Shown piece by piece: positions 8,823 through 18,067 of a stretch of 64,000 bases of DNA. The notes beneath the pieces are model-generated. The model was not told the origin of the DNA and did no database searches. It worked only from the letters and a program-made list of their open reading frames with translations. A program made the position numbers and the translations under genes. The first letter of the stretch is position 1, and each line of letters opens with the position of its first letter. Source of the stretch: Clostridia bacterium (GTDB lineage: Bacteria; Bacillota; Clostridia; TANB77; CAG-508); the NCBI GenBank assembly GCA_017410505.1, contig JAFQQR010000020.1, forward strand, positions 3,521 to 67,520. Direction: 5' to 3'.

Positions 8823-9140
8823 ATGAATAATGTAAAAGCAATAGCTCAATTAGAAGATTTAAAAAGAGACAGGTTAAGTTTCATACATAATGATGAATTA
8901 GATAGCGTATTTCTAGATGATATAAAAGCAATAAATCTAGCAATAAATGCTTTAAAAAAATGCCCGGATATAAGGGATGACTCTTTTAAATGTAGAATGT
9001 GCGGTAAAGAACTGAAAACTTGGAAAAGTATTCAAAAAGGATTTGGTCCTGTGTGTGAACAGAAATTTTTAAATGATGTATATACTAATCAACAAATAAG
9101 TGTAGAAGCTATATTACAAAAGAAAGGAGAGGTAATTTAG
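8823..9140 (+). CDS. Small Cys-containing phage protein (KGFGPVC motif)
   Basis: FKCRMCGKELKTWKSIQKGFGPVCEQKF resembles the short G-x-GPxC motif family found next to phage replication genes. Confidence 0.45.
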   Translation: MNNVKAIAQLEDLKRDRLSFIHNDELDSVFLDDIKAINLAINALKKCPDIRDDSFKCRMCGKELKTWKSIQKGFGPVCEQKFLNDVYTNQQISVEAILQKKGEVI

Positions 9141-9141
9141 T

Positions 9142-10101
9142 ATGGCCAATAAAAAAGATACATATTATTTTAGTCACGATTCAAATGCATTGTCAGATCC
9201 AAAAATATTAGCAATGCGTTGTGATTATGGTTTTGAAAGTTATGGATTATATTGGGCAATTATAGAACTATTAAGAAATGAAGCCACATACAAGTTGCCT
9301 CTTCATAAAAATACATACAGGGCAATAAAAATGCAAACAGGCACAACAATAGATGTAGAAAGTTATATAAATGATTGTATTAATGAGTACACAGATAATG
9401 AAACAGGAAATGGGTTATTCAATACGGATGGCAAGTCTTTTTGGTCCGCAAGTCTATTAAGAAGAATGGAAAAATACGAAACATTAAAAGAAAAAAGAAG
9501 TCAAGCAGCAAATGCAAGATGGAACAAAGAGAAAAAAGAAGAAAAGGAAGAAAAAGAAACAAAAAAATGCAAATGCATAAAAGGTATATGCAAAAGCAAT
9601 GCAAATGCATACAAAGGTAAGTACAAGTGCAAAGCAAATCTTAAAAAACTGTATGCAAAATTATGCAAATTAAATAAAAGTAAATCAAATAAAATCAAAT
9701 TAAATAAAATTAAATTAAATAATATTAAAACTATCTATCCTTCTAATCATATCTACAAAGAAAATAAAAAACTAGATGAAATGTTAGATGAGATGGACAA
9801 GATAGAGTTTCAAAGAATTGTAGGTAATTGTAATTTAATACGACTAAATCCACAATTGTGTATAGAAATAACGGAAATAATAAAGGAAATATTTATAAAT
9901 CCGGATACTAGAGAAGCAATAGAGGGAATAAATGAAAGAAATGTAATGTATGCATTAAAGAAATTTGCAGAAGCAAATACAAAAACACAAATACAAATAC
10001 CAAAATCGTATTTTAAAAAATGTATATTATCTGCAATGCAGCAAACGGAATTAAGCAATCAATACGATATAGATACAATTTACGAGATGGAAGGTAATTA
10101 A
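9142..10101 (+). CDS. Phage replication initiation/organiser protein (DUF4373/Lin1244-like N-terminus) with internal low-complexity, iteron-bearing segment
   Basis: YYFSHDSNALSDPKILAMRCDYGFESYGLYWAIIELL resembles the DUF4373 N-terminal domain. The central region is Lys/Cys/Asn repeats. Confidence 0.6.
   Translation: MANKKDTYYFSHDSNALSDPKILAMRCDYGFESYGLYWAIIELLRNEATYKLPLHKNTYRAIKMQTGTTIDVESYINDCINEYTDNETGNGLFNTDGKSFWSASLLRRMEKYETLKEKRSQAANARWNKEKKEEKEEKETKKCKCIKGICKSNANAYKGKYKCKANLKKLYAKLCKLNKSKSNKIKLNKIKLNNIKTIYPSNHIYKENKKLDEMLDEMDKIEFQRIVGNCNLIRLNPQLCIEITEIIKEIFINPDTREAIEGINERNVMYALKKFAEANTKTQIQIPKSYFKKCILSAMQQTELSNQYDIDTIYEMEGN
9560..9735. repeat. Iteron cluster plus A/T-only tract inside the replication gene (candidate phage ori)
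   Basis: ATGCAAA at 9567, 9588, 9599, 9653 and 9663, plus variants GTGCAAA and ATGCATA. A roughly 65-nt tract follows that is almost entirely A/T (only 3 C and 1 G), with TAAAT/AAATCAAAT periodicity. Confidence 0.5.
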
Positions 10102-10104
10102 AAT

Positions 10105-10284
10105 ATGGCAGTAACTGAAAAAGAACTAGTTTCAAGACATTTAAGGATATGTGAAAATTGTGAGTGGTGTGTTCCAACACTTAATTGTAAATTTCCACAT
10201 TGTTTATTAACAGGAGAACAAATGGGACTATTTGAAAGCTGCAGATATTTTAAATGGAGAACAGCAAATCCTATAAGTATGTAA
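10105..10284 (+). CDS. Small Cys-rich protein (59 aa)
   Basis: ICENCEWCVPTLNCKFPHCLL. Tightly follows the replication gene. Below the track cutoff. Confidence 0.45.
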   Translation: MAVTEKELVSRHLRICENCEWCVPTLNCKFPHCLLTGEQMGLFESCRYFKWRTANPISM

Positions 10285-10296
10285 AAGGAGGAAAAA

Positions 10297-10722
10297 ATGG
10301 CAATAAAAAATTATACAACAACAATTAACGCAAGCAAAACAATAGGAGAAATACAAGAATTGTTAAGTAAACACGGAGCTACGGCAATTATGACAGAATA
10401 TAACAATGGAAATGTAACGGGGCTAAGTTTTAAAATTATAACTCCTAGAGGAGAATTAGGTATAAGGCTACCTTCAAATACAGATAAAGTATTACAGGTT
10501 TTGAAGAATCAAAGAAAAAACAATAGTCAAGTTAAGGATACATTTGAACAAGCAAATAAAGTTGCGTGGCGAATTATTAAGGATTGGATAGATGCTCAAA
10601 TGGCAATATTGGAAACTGAAATGGTGGAAATGGAACAAATATTTCTACCGTACATTATGAACAATAAAGGGCAGACAGTATATGAAGTATTTGAAAATAA
10701 TACACAATTACTCCTAGAGTAA
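10297..10722 (+). CDS. Hypothetical early protein
   Basis: Track ORF preceded by RBS AAAGGAGG. Confidence 0.5.
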   Translation: MAIKNYTTTINASKTIGEIQELLSKHGATAIMTEYNNGNVTGLSFKIITPRGELGIRLPSNTDKVLQVLKNQRKNNSQVKDTFEQANKVAWRIIKDWIDAQMAILETEMVEMEQIFLPYIMNNKGQTVYEVFENNTQLLLE

Positions 10723-10815
10723 TTAGTAAACATAAAATAAAAAAACGCATAAAATTGCGAAAAACAAAAACAAACACAAGTTAGAAATTTATACAAAGGA
10801 AAGGCGGAAAAAATA

Positions 10816-11232
10816 ATGGAAATTGAAGATATGGACCAAACATTAGAGTTCTTAAAACAAGTTAAATATTTTTTTGAAAATGTAGATGAAATAGAGAAAA
10901 AATTGAAAGCAGAAGTGTACGGAAAAGATGGCGAAAAAGAAGACTATGTACACGAATGGGAATTAAGCGATCTAAATGTGGCTGAAATTATGAAATGGTA
11001 CAAAGATGGTAAAAAGAGCTTAAGAGAAAGAAGAATTGCAAAAGATAAGTTGGACTTAATAAATACAATAAAACCTTATATAAATAAATTTGTTACAAAA
11101 GGAATTTGTGCCGAAACAGATGAAACAATAAAGAATATTGAAACCTTAAGAAGAAACCAAGAAAACAGGCAATATACACCACGAGTAGTACAAAATTTAA
11201 AATGTGCAAAGAAAAAGAAGGAGGCAACATAG
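10816..11232 (+). CDS. Hypothetical early protein
   Basis: Track ORF with an RBS. Confidence 0.5.
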   Translation: MEIEDMDQTLEFLKQVKYFFENVDEIEKKLKAEVYGKDGEKEDYVHEWELSDLNVAEIMKWYKDGKKSLRERRIAKDKLDLINTIKPYINKFVTKGICAETDETIKNIETLRRNQENRQYTPRVVQNLKCAKKKKEAT

Positions 11233-11243
11233 TGGAAGTAAAA

Positions 11244-11510
11244 ATGTCAATGGATGAATACAAAAGGTTTGAAAGGTATCAAAAGGATTATGAAAGACTA
11301 ACTAATAGAATAAAACAATGTGCAGAAACAAGGCAGGAAAAACCAAAACAACCAATAGGATTTAATCAAGAATACCAAAGGGAGCAGGTAGTAACTACTA
11401 TAAGTTTAGAAAAATTAACAAATGTGTTAATGGAAGAAGTAAGATTTTGCGAATACCAGGAAGTAGACAGGATTATATATAGTGAAATACAAGGAAAGGA
11501 AACGAAATAA
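11244..11510 (+). CDS. Hypothetical early protein
   Basis: In frame with track ORF 11202. ATG 11244 (or GTG 11232) follows GGAGG, and the upstream part overlaps the previous gene. Confidence 0.45.
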   Translation: MSMDEYKRFERYQKDYERLTNRIKQCAETRQEKPKQPIGFNQEYQREQVVTTISLEKLTNVLMEEVRFCEYQEVDRIIYSEIQGKETK

Positions 11511-11686
11511 TGAGAGGAATTAGAGTTGGAGATACAGTATCAACACAAGATGGAAAACATAAAGGAAAAGTTGTAAATATTTGGACTGGATTAGATTGTA
11601 CAGATACATTAACATTTAAGGTCAGACTTGAAGAAGAAAACGGAGAATCTTTTATATGCGAGATAGATGATATAGTAATTGTGTAA
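11510..11686 (+). CDS. Small hypothetical protein (58 aa)
   Basis: TAATG coupling to the previous ORF. Below the track cutoff. Confidence 0.4.
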   Translation: MRGIRVGDTVSTQDGKHKGKVVNIWTGLDCTDTLTFKVRLEEENGESFICEIDDIVIV

Positions 11687-11697
11687 AGGGTGGAAAT

Positions 11698-12051
11698 ATG
11701 CAAGAACATTGGAGTATAGAACAATATAGAGAATATCAGAAAAAAGGAAGCAAAAAAAGTAAATATGGTGCAATAAAAACATCTGTAGATGGACATACCT
11801 TTGATAGCAAAAAAGAAGCGGATTATTATTGCAATCTAAAATTAAGGCTGCAAGGCGGAGACATCAAAGGTTTTTGTTTGCAGCCTGTATTTATACTAGC
11901 ACCAGGATTAAAATACAAAGCTGATTTTATAGTATTTTACAACGATGGAACAACAGAAATAATAGATACAAAAGGGTTTAAAACAAAAGAGTATATTACT
12001 AAAAAGAAAGTATTTGAAGATAAATACAATTTAAAAATAAAGGAGGAATGA
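11698..12051 (+). CDS. DUF1064-like (PD-(D/E)XK-type nuclease-like) phage protein
   Basis: KYGAIKTSVDGHTFDSKKEADYY...LQPVF...YKADFIVFYNDGTTEIIDTKG matches the DUF1064 pattern as I recall it. Confidence 0.6.
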   Translation: MQEHWSIEQYREYQKKGSKKSKYGAIKTSVDGHTFDSKKEADYYCNLKLRLQGGDIKGFCLQPVFILAPGLKYKADFIVFYNDGTTEIIDTKGFKTKEYITKKKVFEDKYNLKIKEE

Positions 12052-12053
12052 AA

Positions 12054-12296
12054 ATGGGAACAAAAAACACATTAGCAGATTTAAATGACCACTTGTTTGA
12101 ACAATTAGAAAGATTAAACGATGATGATCTAACAGGAGAAAAATTACAAGAAGAAAGGGAAAGAGCAAAATCAATGGCCAATATAGCACAAACTATTATA
12201 AATAATGGAGAATTAGCATTAAAAGCAGTAAAGCATTATGATGAATATGGAAAAGAAAAAATGCCAGACATATTACAAATAGGTGATGGAAAATGA
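12054..12296 (+). CDS. Hypothetical early protein
   Basis: ATG 12054 lies 7 nt after AGGAGG. The track start 12048 is too close to the RBS. Confidence 0.45.
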   Translation: MGTKNTLADLNDHLFEQLERLNDDDLTGEKLQEERERAKSMANIAQTIINNGELALKAVKHYDEYGKEKMPDILQIGDGK

Positions 12297-12901
12297 GCCA
12301 CAAATATTCTACTGAAGAACATCAATTCATAATCGATAATGTCAAAGGAATAACACTTAAGGAATTAACAAGAAGATTTAATGAAAAATTTAATCTAAAT
12401 GTTACTGAAAATGCTATTGCTAATCAAAAAAATAAACTAGGAGTAAGAAGCGGAATTGTAGGTGGGAGATTTGAAAAGGGACAAGTTTCCTGGAATAAGG
12501 GGAAGAAAATGTCCCCTTATCAATATAAAAAAGCTAATCCAACAATGTTTAAGAAAGGCCATGTTCCAGCAAATCGTAGGCCAATAGGTAGTGAAAGATA
12601 CAATGAAAGAGATGGAATACTAATAAAAGTTCAAGATGGACACTTACAAAAGAATTGGATGCCTAAAGGTAGATATATTTATGAGCAAGCATACGGAAAA
12701 ATACCAAAAGGACATAAAGTAATATTTGCTGATGGTAATAACAGAAATTTTGATTTAGATAATTTAATACTAGTTTCTAATGCTGAAGAATTAATTATGA
12801 ATCGTAATAAGCTATTTAAAACTGATAAGGAACTAACCAAAGCGGGTGTTGCAGTAGCAAAAGTTTTAGATAAGGTAAATAAAAGAAAAAAGGATATATA
12901 A
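12293..12901 (+). CDS. HNH-type homing endonuclease-like protein
   Basis: SWNKGKK...FKKGHVPANRRPIGSE...IFADGNNRNFDLDNLILVS is typical of HNH_3-type phage endonucleases. Confidence 0.7.
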   Translation: MSHKYSTEEHQFIIDNVKGITLKELTRRFNEKFNLNVTENAIANQKNKLGVRSGIVGGRFEKGQVSWNKGKKMSPYQYKKANPTMFKKGHVPANRRPIGSERYNERDGILIKVQDGHLQKNWMPKGRYIYEQAYGKIPKGHKVIFADGNNRNFDLDNLILVSNAEELIMNRNKLFKTDKELTKAGVAVAKVLDKVNKRKKDI

Positions 12902-12902
12902 A

Positions 12903-13103
12903 ATGGAAAATAAACCGGATTATGAACAATTATATTATGATGCTATATATGAGAATCGCAAATTAAAACAAGAAGTTGAAAATCTAAAAAATGAAATACA
13001 AGATATGAATATCTGCAGAACAAAAAAGAATATTGATCTACAAAAATATATAGTAATTCAAATGGAAAGGAGGAAAGATGGGAAAAAACAAAAAAGGCAA
13101 TAA
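12903..13103 (+). CDS. Hypothetical small protein
   Basis: Track ORF with an RBS. Confidence 0.4.
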   Translation: MENKPDYEQLYYDAIYENRKLKQEVENLKNEIQDMNICRTKKNIDLQKYIVIQMERRKDGKKQKRQ

Positions 13104-13254
13104 TAAGACTTGCGAGCAATGTATTCACTGTATGTATGAAGAAGCGGGAGATATGCATTGCGATGAACACGATAATTTTGAACTAGTATATGAAGAGTTT
13201 GGCCCGACAGAACATTATATGTGGTGTGGTGGTCAAAGATTTCAAAAAATATAA
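13078..13254 (+). CDS. Small Cys-rich protein (58 aa)
   Basis: ATG follows AAGGAGG. TCEQCIHCMY...HCDEH...WCGG. Below the track cutoff. Confidence 0.4.
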   Translation: MGKNKKGNNKTCEQCIHCMYEEAGDMHCDEHDNFELVYEEFGPTEHYMWCGGQRFQKI

Positions 13255-13273
13255 TACAAAGGAAGTGAAGAAT

Positions 13274-13549
13274 ATGAAAGATAAAGTTAAGTTATACGAT
13301 AAGGAAATAAACAAAAAGGCCGAAGGAATAAAAGCATTAGTAATGATGCTAGTAATATTTATAATAGGTTTTATCACAGGAAGTTATGCAGTAAATATGG
13401 AATTACAAAAGGCAAATGATGAAAAGCAAGAACATATTGTAGAATTAGAAAAATTACTTGAAGAAAAGCAAGTAAAAATAAATGAGCAGTTTATAGAAAT
13501 AGATGCATTAAAGGAAACAGTATATATGCTAGAAGTATATGGAAAGTAG
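13274..13549 (+). CDS. Small membrane-anchored coiled-coil protein
   Basis: Internal ATG of track ORF 13190, preceded by AAGGAAG. TM segment ALVMMLVIFIIGFITGSYAV. Confidence 0.45.
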   Translation: MKDKVKLYDKEINKKAEGIKALVMMLVIFIIGFITGSYAVNMELQKANDEKQEHIVELEKLLEEKQVKINEQFIEIDALKETVYMLEVYGK

Positions 13550-14032
13550 GTGCTGCAAATGATGTTTTTATGGTTAATTATTGTTTTTATATTGGGAACT
13601 TGGGTAGGAATTGGACTTATGTGTATAGTGCAAGTTTCAAAAAAGGAAGAAAACTTACAAAATGGAATAAGAGTTATAAAATGGATTAGTTATGATAAAG
13701 CAAGTGAATTGATAGAAATAGGGGTATTATATGATAACAATATTGGAGGTCTAGGCGGATGGTTTAAGGAAGAACAAAGATGGAAAGATTATAAAATGGC
13801 ATTTAAAGAAGCGGCTCATCCTTATATTGAAGCCTTAAGAGAAGATATTGTATTAAATAATATAAGACATTGTGGAAACGATCATCAAGAGTTAGAAAAT
13901 GGCGTACCAGTATTTAGTGACTTTAGTGTATCAATGTATTCATATAGGGCGTGGGGAGATTTAATGGCTGCAATATGGTCTACACAAGAAAACAAGGATT
14001 ATTCATATATGGATTTTTATATGAGTTTATAA
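13550..14032 (+). CDS. Hypothetical membrane-anchored protein
   Basis: N-terminal TM segment FLWLIIVFILGTWVGIGLMCIV. Track ORF. Confidence 0.45.
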   Translation: MLQMMFLWLIIVFILGTWVGIGLMCIVQVSKKEENLQNGIRVIKWISYDKASELIEIGVLYDNNIGGLGGWFKEEQRWKDYKMAFKEAAHPYIEALREDIVLNNIRHCGNDHQELENGVPVFSDFSVSMYSYRAWGDLMAAIWSTQENKDYSYMDFYMSL

Positions 14033-14057
14033 AAAATTATTATGAAAGGAAAAAAGT

Positions 14058-14384
14058 ATGCTATCTAGAAAAATAAGAAAACAACTGAAACAACATGACC
14101 TAGCAGGACATCCGGAATGTACGCATAATTGGATTCATAATGCAGGAAAACAATGCGAATGGGATTGTTGGAGTATGGGAGCAAGTTTACAAGGAATAAA
14201 GCCGCAGCAATACAGAAAAGATAGTAAACGAATTGCGTATATGTATATATGTACTATGTGTGGAGGAGAATTTTGGAGTTCGCATAAGTGCTTTAAAATT
14301 CCACATTATAGGGTTAGAGAGGTAAAAAACAATGAAAACAGAAAGAACAATAAGGTTAGAAGAATTATTAAAAGCAAAGTTTAA
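14058..14384 (+). CDS. Hypothetical Cys/His-rich protein
   Basis: Track ORF with an RBS. Confidence 0.4.
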   Translation: MLSRKIRKQLKQHDLAGHPECTHNWIHNAGKQCEWDCWSMGASLQGIKPQQYRKDSKRIAYMYICTMCGGEFWSSHKCFKIPHYRVREVKNNENRKNNKVRRIIKSKV

Positions 14385-14826
14385 TACAAGGAATGATTTT
14401 TTTGTATTTGAATGTACTATTGGGTGGTATGGCGGAGAAATTGTAGATTGTATTAAATATAATTGTCAAAGGGAAATAAGTTGTTACGAGATAAAGCAGT
14501 CAAAACAAGATTTTTATTCAAAAAATAAATTAACCTTCATAGGAAATAAGAATTATTTTGTAATGCCATATAGTTTATACGAGCAAGTAAAAAACGATAT
14601 AGACTGGGATATAGGTGTATATGTAGCAATAGATAGAAGAGAACAAGTTGAAGAAAAAGAAACAAATGAGTTTGGAGTTACTTTCACAAAAACTTATATG
14701 AAATGTATTGATGGCCTAAATGAACTATATTGCATAAAACCGGCAAAAAGCAGAGATTTAAGAGCAGATAAAGAAGTAATATTATCTTCAATGTTAAGGA
14801 GTATGCAAAGGGATAGAGTTATATAG
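14332..14826 (+). CDS. MmcB-like / PD-(D/E)XK-like phage protein
   Basis: FVFECTIGWYGGEIVDCIKY...CYEIKQSKQDFYS...GNKNYFVMP resembles the MmcB-type nuclease fold family. Assignment from memory. Confidence 0.45.
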   Translation: MKTERTIRLEELLKAKFNTRNDFFVFECTIGWYGGEIVDCIKYNCQREISCYEIKQSKQDFYSKNKLTFIGNKNYFVMPYSLYEQVKNDIDWDIGVYVAIDRREQVEEKETNEFGVTFTKTYMKCIDGLNELYCIKPAKSRDLRADKEVILSSMLRSMQRDRVI

Positions 14827-14876
14827 CAAAATATAAGACAACCTAAAACAGTATTGTAGAAAGGTAGGACAATAAT

Positions 14877-15164
14877 ATGTCGAATGTTTATGATATGTCT
14901 GGAAAAAAGAAAGTAATCTTTAGTGAAAAACCTGAAATGAATATTACATATAAAGAAATTATGAAAATAGTAATAGAACATGCAACAGAGGAAGGATGCC
15001 ACCGAATATTTTGTTATGGTGGAATTGATATGTGTCCATCAGAAGTATTTAGAATGGAATTAATAGATAAAAAGAAAGAACAAGATAGATGTAATTATGA
15101 AAGTATAGGATGTACGAAATGTTGGACAGAAGCAATAAAGAATATAAGTTGTAAGGAGGTGTGA
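14877..15164 (+). CDS. Hypothetical Cys-rich protein
   Basis: Track ORF with an RBS. Confidence 0.4.
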   Translation: MSNVYDMSGKKKVIFSEKPEMNITYKEIMKIVIEHATEEGCHRIFCYGGIDMCPSEVFRMELIDKKKEQDRCNYESIGCTKCWTEAIKNISCKEV

Positions 15165-15167
15165 TAT

Positions 15168-15440
15168 ATGCCAAAGAAAAAAGCGACAAAAACAAGTGAA
15201 ATTCCTAAAAAAGTGGACAACCAGGAAGAACAAGAAAAACAGGAGAATAAGCCATCACCATTAAAATGGGAAGAACTAGAAAAACATATAGGGCAACCTG
15301 TATGGGACACTAGGGAGAAAAAATGGCGAGTATTAGATGGTTATAGAAGAACAGGGAATACATACTCAATAACATTTTCCGATATTGCCGATTGGGTAAG
15401 TTATTACGATAGATGTATATTTTTAGAAGAGGTGAAATAA
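15168..15440 (+). CDS. Hypothetical protein
   Basis: Track ORF preceded by RBS AAGGAGG. Confidence 0.45.
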   Translation: MPKKKATKTSEIPKKVDNQEEQEKQENKPSPLKWEELEKHIGQPVWDTREKKWRVLDGYRRTGNTYSITFSDIADWVSYYDRCIFLEEVK

Positions 15441-15674
15441 ATGTCAGATTACGAGCACATTGTAATAAGTGCTGTTAGATATGCAATAGGAAGAATGACA
15501 TATATGACGGAGCTTACAGTAAATTATGTTATGAAGCAGATAGAAGAAGATAAACTATCGGACCAATGTTTAGGTATAATAAAAAAGGATATAAAAGCAG
15601 CAAAAGATTTAGGAATGGAATGTGACAAAGAGCAATGGCTAAAACTACTAAATAGAATAGAGGAGGTTATATAA
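15441..15674 (+). CDS. Hypothetical protein
   Basis: Track ORF with an RBS. Confidence 0.45.
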   Translation: MSDYEHIVISAVRYAIGRMTYMTELTVNYVMKQIEEDKLSDQCLGIIKKDIKAAKDLGMECDKEQWLKLLNRIEEVI

Positions 15675-15675
15675 T

Positions 15676-16089
15676 ATGACCAACGAACAAATGGCAGCAA
15701 TAGCAAGAATTGGAGAAATAGCACAAGATAAAAATGCCAACTGGCTAGGGTATTCAAATATAAAAGCAATGCACATATTATTAGATTTAATAAGGGAGCA
15801 ACAGGTAAATGAAGCAAAACAAAATAAAATAATTGATGATATGGCAGAATTAATAGCAAGAAAAACAGGAGCTAGAATAGAAATTTGCCACAATATGAAT
15901 TGCGATAAAACAATAGAAAAGGAATGTAAAAAATGTGCAAAAGAATATTTTGAACAACTATTATATAAAAGTTTTTCTTTGCCTGCTGAAGCATTAAAAT
16001 CATACACATCGGAGTCAGCTGAACAGATAAAAGCCAGTTATGCAGACAAATTATACGATACAAGAATACTAGGAATATTTAATAAATAA
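15676..16089 (+). CDS. Hypothetical protein
   Basis: Track ORF preceded by RBS GAGGAGG. Confidence 0.45.
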   Translation: MTNEQMAAIARIGEIAQDKNANWLGYSNIKAMHILLDLIREQQVNEAKQNKIIDDMAELIARKTGARIEICHNMNCDKTIEKECKKCAKEYFEQLLYKSFSLPAEALKSYTSESAEQIKASYADKLYDTRILGIFNK

Positions 16090-16129
16090 ATTTGATACCG
16101 GTTGCAATGCCGGTAAGAAAGGAAGTATT

Positions 16130-16741
16130 ATGGATAAGGAACAAAAGGAAAAGGAAGATTATAACGACTGGTTAGACAGAAAACAAAAAGAAATATATGA
16201 GGAAAAAAGAAAATTAGAAAAGCAAAGTTATGAAAAAATTAAATATATGAGAAAAGCAAACGGTAGATTATTACAAATAGATGAAAAACATGGATGGGAA
16301 ATAAGAAAAAGACTTACTAGTGAAAATTGGGACTATATGACAGAAGAAATTAAAAAATTGTTTTACATTGCTTTAGCAAAAGCAAATATACCAATGTCGG
16401 ATATTAGTATATCAGAATTTAAAGAGAGTGAATTACATAGATGTAGTCGTTGGCAGAAAATAGATGAAAGAGATCCAAATAGTGAACATGTAACAATACA
16501 TAAATATTATAAATATATATTAAGTTATAAACAATGGATGACATTTGCTAACAACGAATTTGAATTGTATTCTAAAGGAATTGATTTGATTTTAAATCCT
16601 AATGGATATTGGTATCCAAAGTTTGCACTAAAAAGCACGAGTTTTCACGATGATAGTGATATTTCTAAATTAAATAATAAAATATCTAATTTAGAGATAG
16701 AAAAAAAGGTTTATATTGATGATAAAAACAAGGAGGAATAA
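16130..16741 (+). CDS. Hypothetical protein
   Basis: Track ORF with an RBS. Confidence 0.45.
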   Translation: MDKEQKEKEDYNDWLDRKQKEIYEEKRKLEKQSYEKIKYMRKANGRLLQIDEKHGWEIRKRLTSENWDYMTEEIKKLFYIALAKANIPMSDISISEFKESELHRCSRWQKIDERDPNSEHVTIHKYYKYILSYKQWMTFANNEFELYSKGIDLILNPNGYWYPKFALKSTSFHDDSDISKLNNKISNLEIEKKVYIDDKNKEE

Positions 16742-16866
16742 ATTATGCAAAAAATAAAATATTACATATTTTGCATAAAGTGGTTATACAAAAATAGAAA
16801 CTGGGAAAATACAAGGCAGAAATTCAAGAGAATGGAAAAAGATTATAAAAATAGTAAGTGGTGCAA

Positions 16867-17049
16867 ATGAAATTAAAAAATATTGTTACTATGGATGATG
16901 AATTAACGTTCACTGATATAGAAGTTTTAAATATAAAAAATATAAAACAATTAGATAGAGCAATACAAAAGTGTAAAGTACTTGAAATTAAAGAAAACGG
17001 AAAAATTTATAAACTAAATTCATCATATATTATTTTTTATCAGCCATAA
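16867..17049 (+). CDS. Hypothetical small protein
   Basis: In frame with track ORF 16858. ATG 16867 overlaps the stop of a 41-aa upstream ORF (ATGA). Confidence 0.35.
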   Translation: MKLKNIVTMDDELTFTDIEVLNIKNIKQLDRAIQKCKVLEIKENGKIYKLNSSYIIFYQP

Positions 17050-17076
17050 GTACAAAAGTAGAAAGGTTGTGTAAAA

Positions 17077-17352
17077 ATGGATAAAGAAAAAATGGATATA
17101 TTACAATCATTTGTTGATCTAGCAAAGGCACATAAGAATAGTGGAAAATATAAAGACATAGAAGAGGATGTAGTTGCTACAGAAGCGGCATTAGAATATA
17201 TTAGGAATATAGAATCAGCAAAGAAAGAAATGTTACGTTGCGGTTATTACGATGATGATAACGGCAAAGACTATGTAGTAGAAGTAGACAAAAATAAAAT
17301 ACAAGAAGCATTAAAGATAATTTATAATGCAAACGAAATTATTATAAAATAG
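17077..17352 (+). CDS. Hypothetical protein
   Basis: Track ORF with an RBS. Confidence 0.45.
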   Translation: MDKEKMDILQSFVDLAKAHKNSGKYKDIEEDVVATEAALEYIRNIESAKKEMLRCGYYDDDNGKDYVVEVDKNKIQEALKIIYNANEIIIK

Positions 17353-17444
17353 GTTTGAATAATTGTTATTGGACTAAGTTTTAAAGAATTATAATTTACC
17401 AAAGTACAAAGCATACAATTTACCTAAGAAAGAGAGGAATTTGT

Positions 17445-18038
17445 ATGGAGAAGATGGAAATATCTGAACAAGAAAGTAAAATGTTGGGATTGATAGAAAA
17501 ATTAATTGCTGCAGGAGTTGAAAGAGGAATAGAAAAAGGACTAGAAAAGGCCAGAAGTGAAGAAAGATTAAGAGAAAAAATAACATACGATATTAAGTTG
17601 AAAAACACAAGATTACTAATAAAAAATTATAGGAAATTTATTAAGGCCTGCGAGCAGGCAACGTGTACAGAGCATGAACTAGAAACAGCAACAGTAGATG
17701 AAATACTAGACAAATTATATTGTACCGCCTATGATGAAGTAACAGTAGTGCAATCAATATTAGCATCTAAAAAAAGAACTGAAATTATTATAGAACATAT
17801 TAAAAGAATAATAAAATTTTATGTGTTTGATGCTGATAATAGTAAAAATAATGAAAAGATAAGAAGGGCACACATTATAGAAGATTTATACATAAATGGA
17901 AAAAGTAAACCAAAAATAAGTGAGATGTCCGAAAAATATCATATTAGCGAAAGACAAATAGGTAGGGATCAAAATGCTGCAATCGAAGAAATTGCAATAT
18001 TTATGTTTGGTATTGATGGCATAAGAAAAATGTTCTAA
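17445..18038 (+). CDS. ArpU/RinA-like late-gene transcriptional activator (sigma region-4-like HTH at C-terminus)
   Basis: KISEMSEKYHISERQIGRDQNAAIEEIA is an HTH typical of ArpU-family phage regulators. It is the last gene before the packaging region. Confidence 0.6.
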   Translation: MEKMEISEQESKMLGLIEKLIAAGVERGIEKGLEKARSEERLREKITYDIKLKNTRLLIKNYRKFIKACEQATCTEHELETATVDEILDKLYCTAYDEVTVVQSILASKKRTEIIIEHIKRIIKFYVFDADNSKNNEKIRRAHIIEDLYINGKSKPKISEMSEKYHISERQIGRDQNAAIEEIAIFMFGIDGIRKMF

Positions 18039-18067
18039 TAATAAGGTCCAATTATGTCCGAAACTTG

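Noticed and set aside
9520-9735. Repeat-rich segment considered as a CRISPR array or a minisatellite.
   Set aside because: The repeats are 7-9 nt iterons without regular spacers and lie inside an uninterrupted ORF. An origin-type iteron cluster fits better.
14332-14384. The 53-nt overlap between ORFs 14058..14384 and 14332..14826, considered as another recoding site.
   Set aside because: The downstream ORF has its own RBS (GAGAGG) and ATG. There is no CGG and no slippery heptamer in the overlap. An ordinary overlapping gene pair is sufficient.
16096-16115. TACCGG(n8)CCGGTA inverted repeat, considered as a terminator.
   Set aside because: The stem is only 6 bp and no U-tract follows. The evidence is too weak to call.
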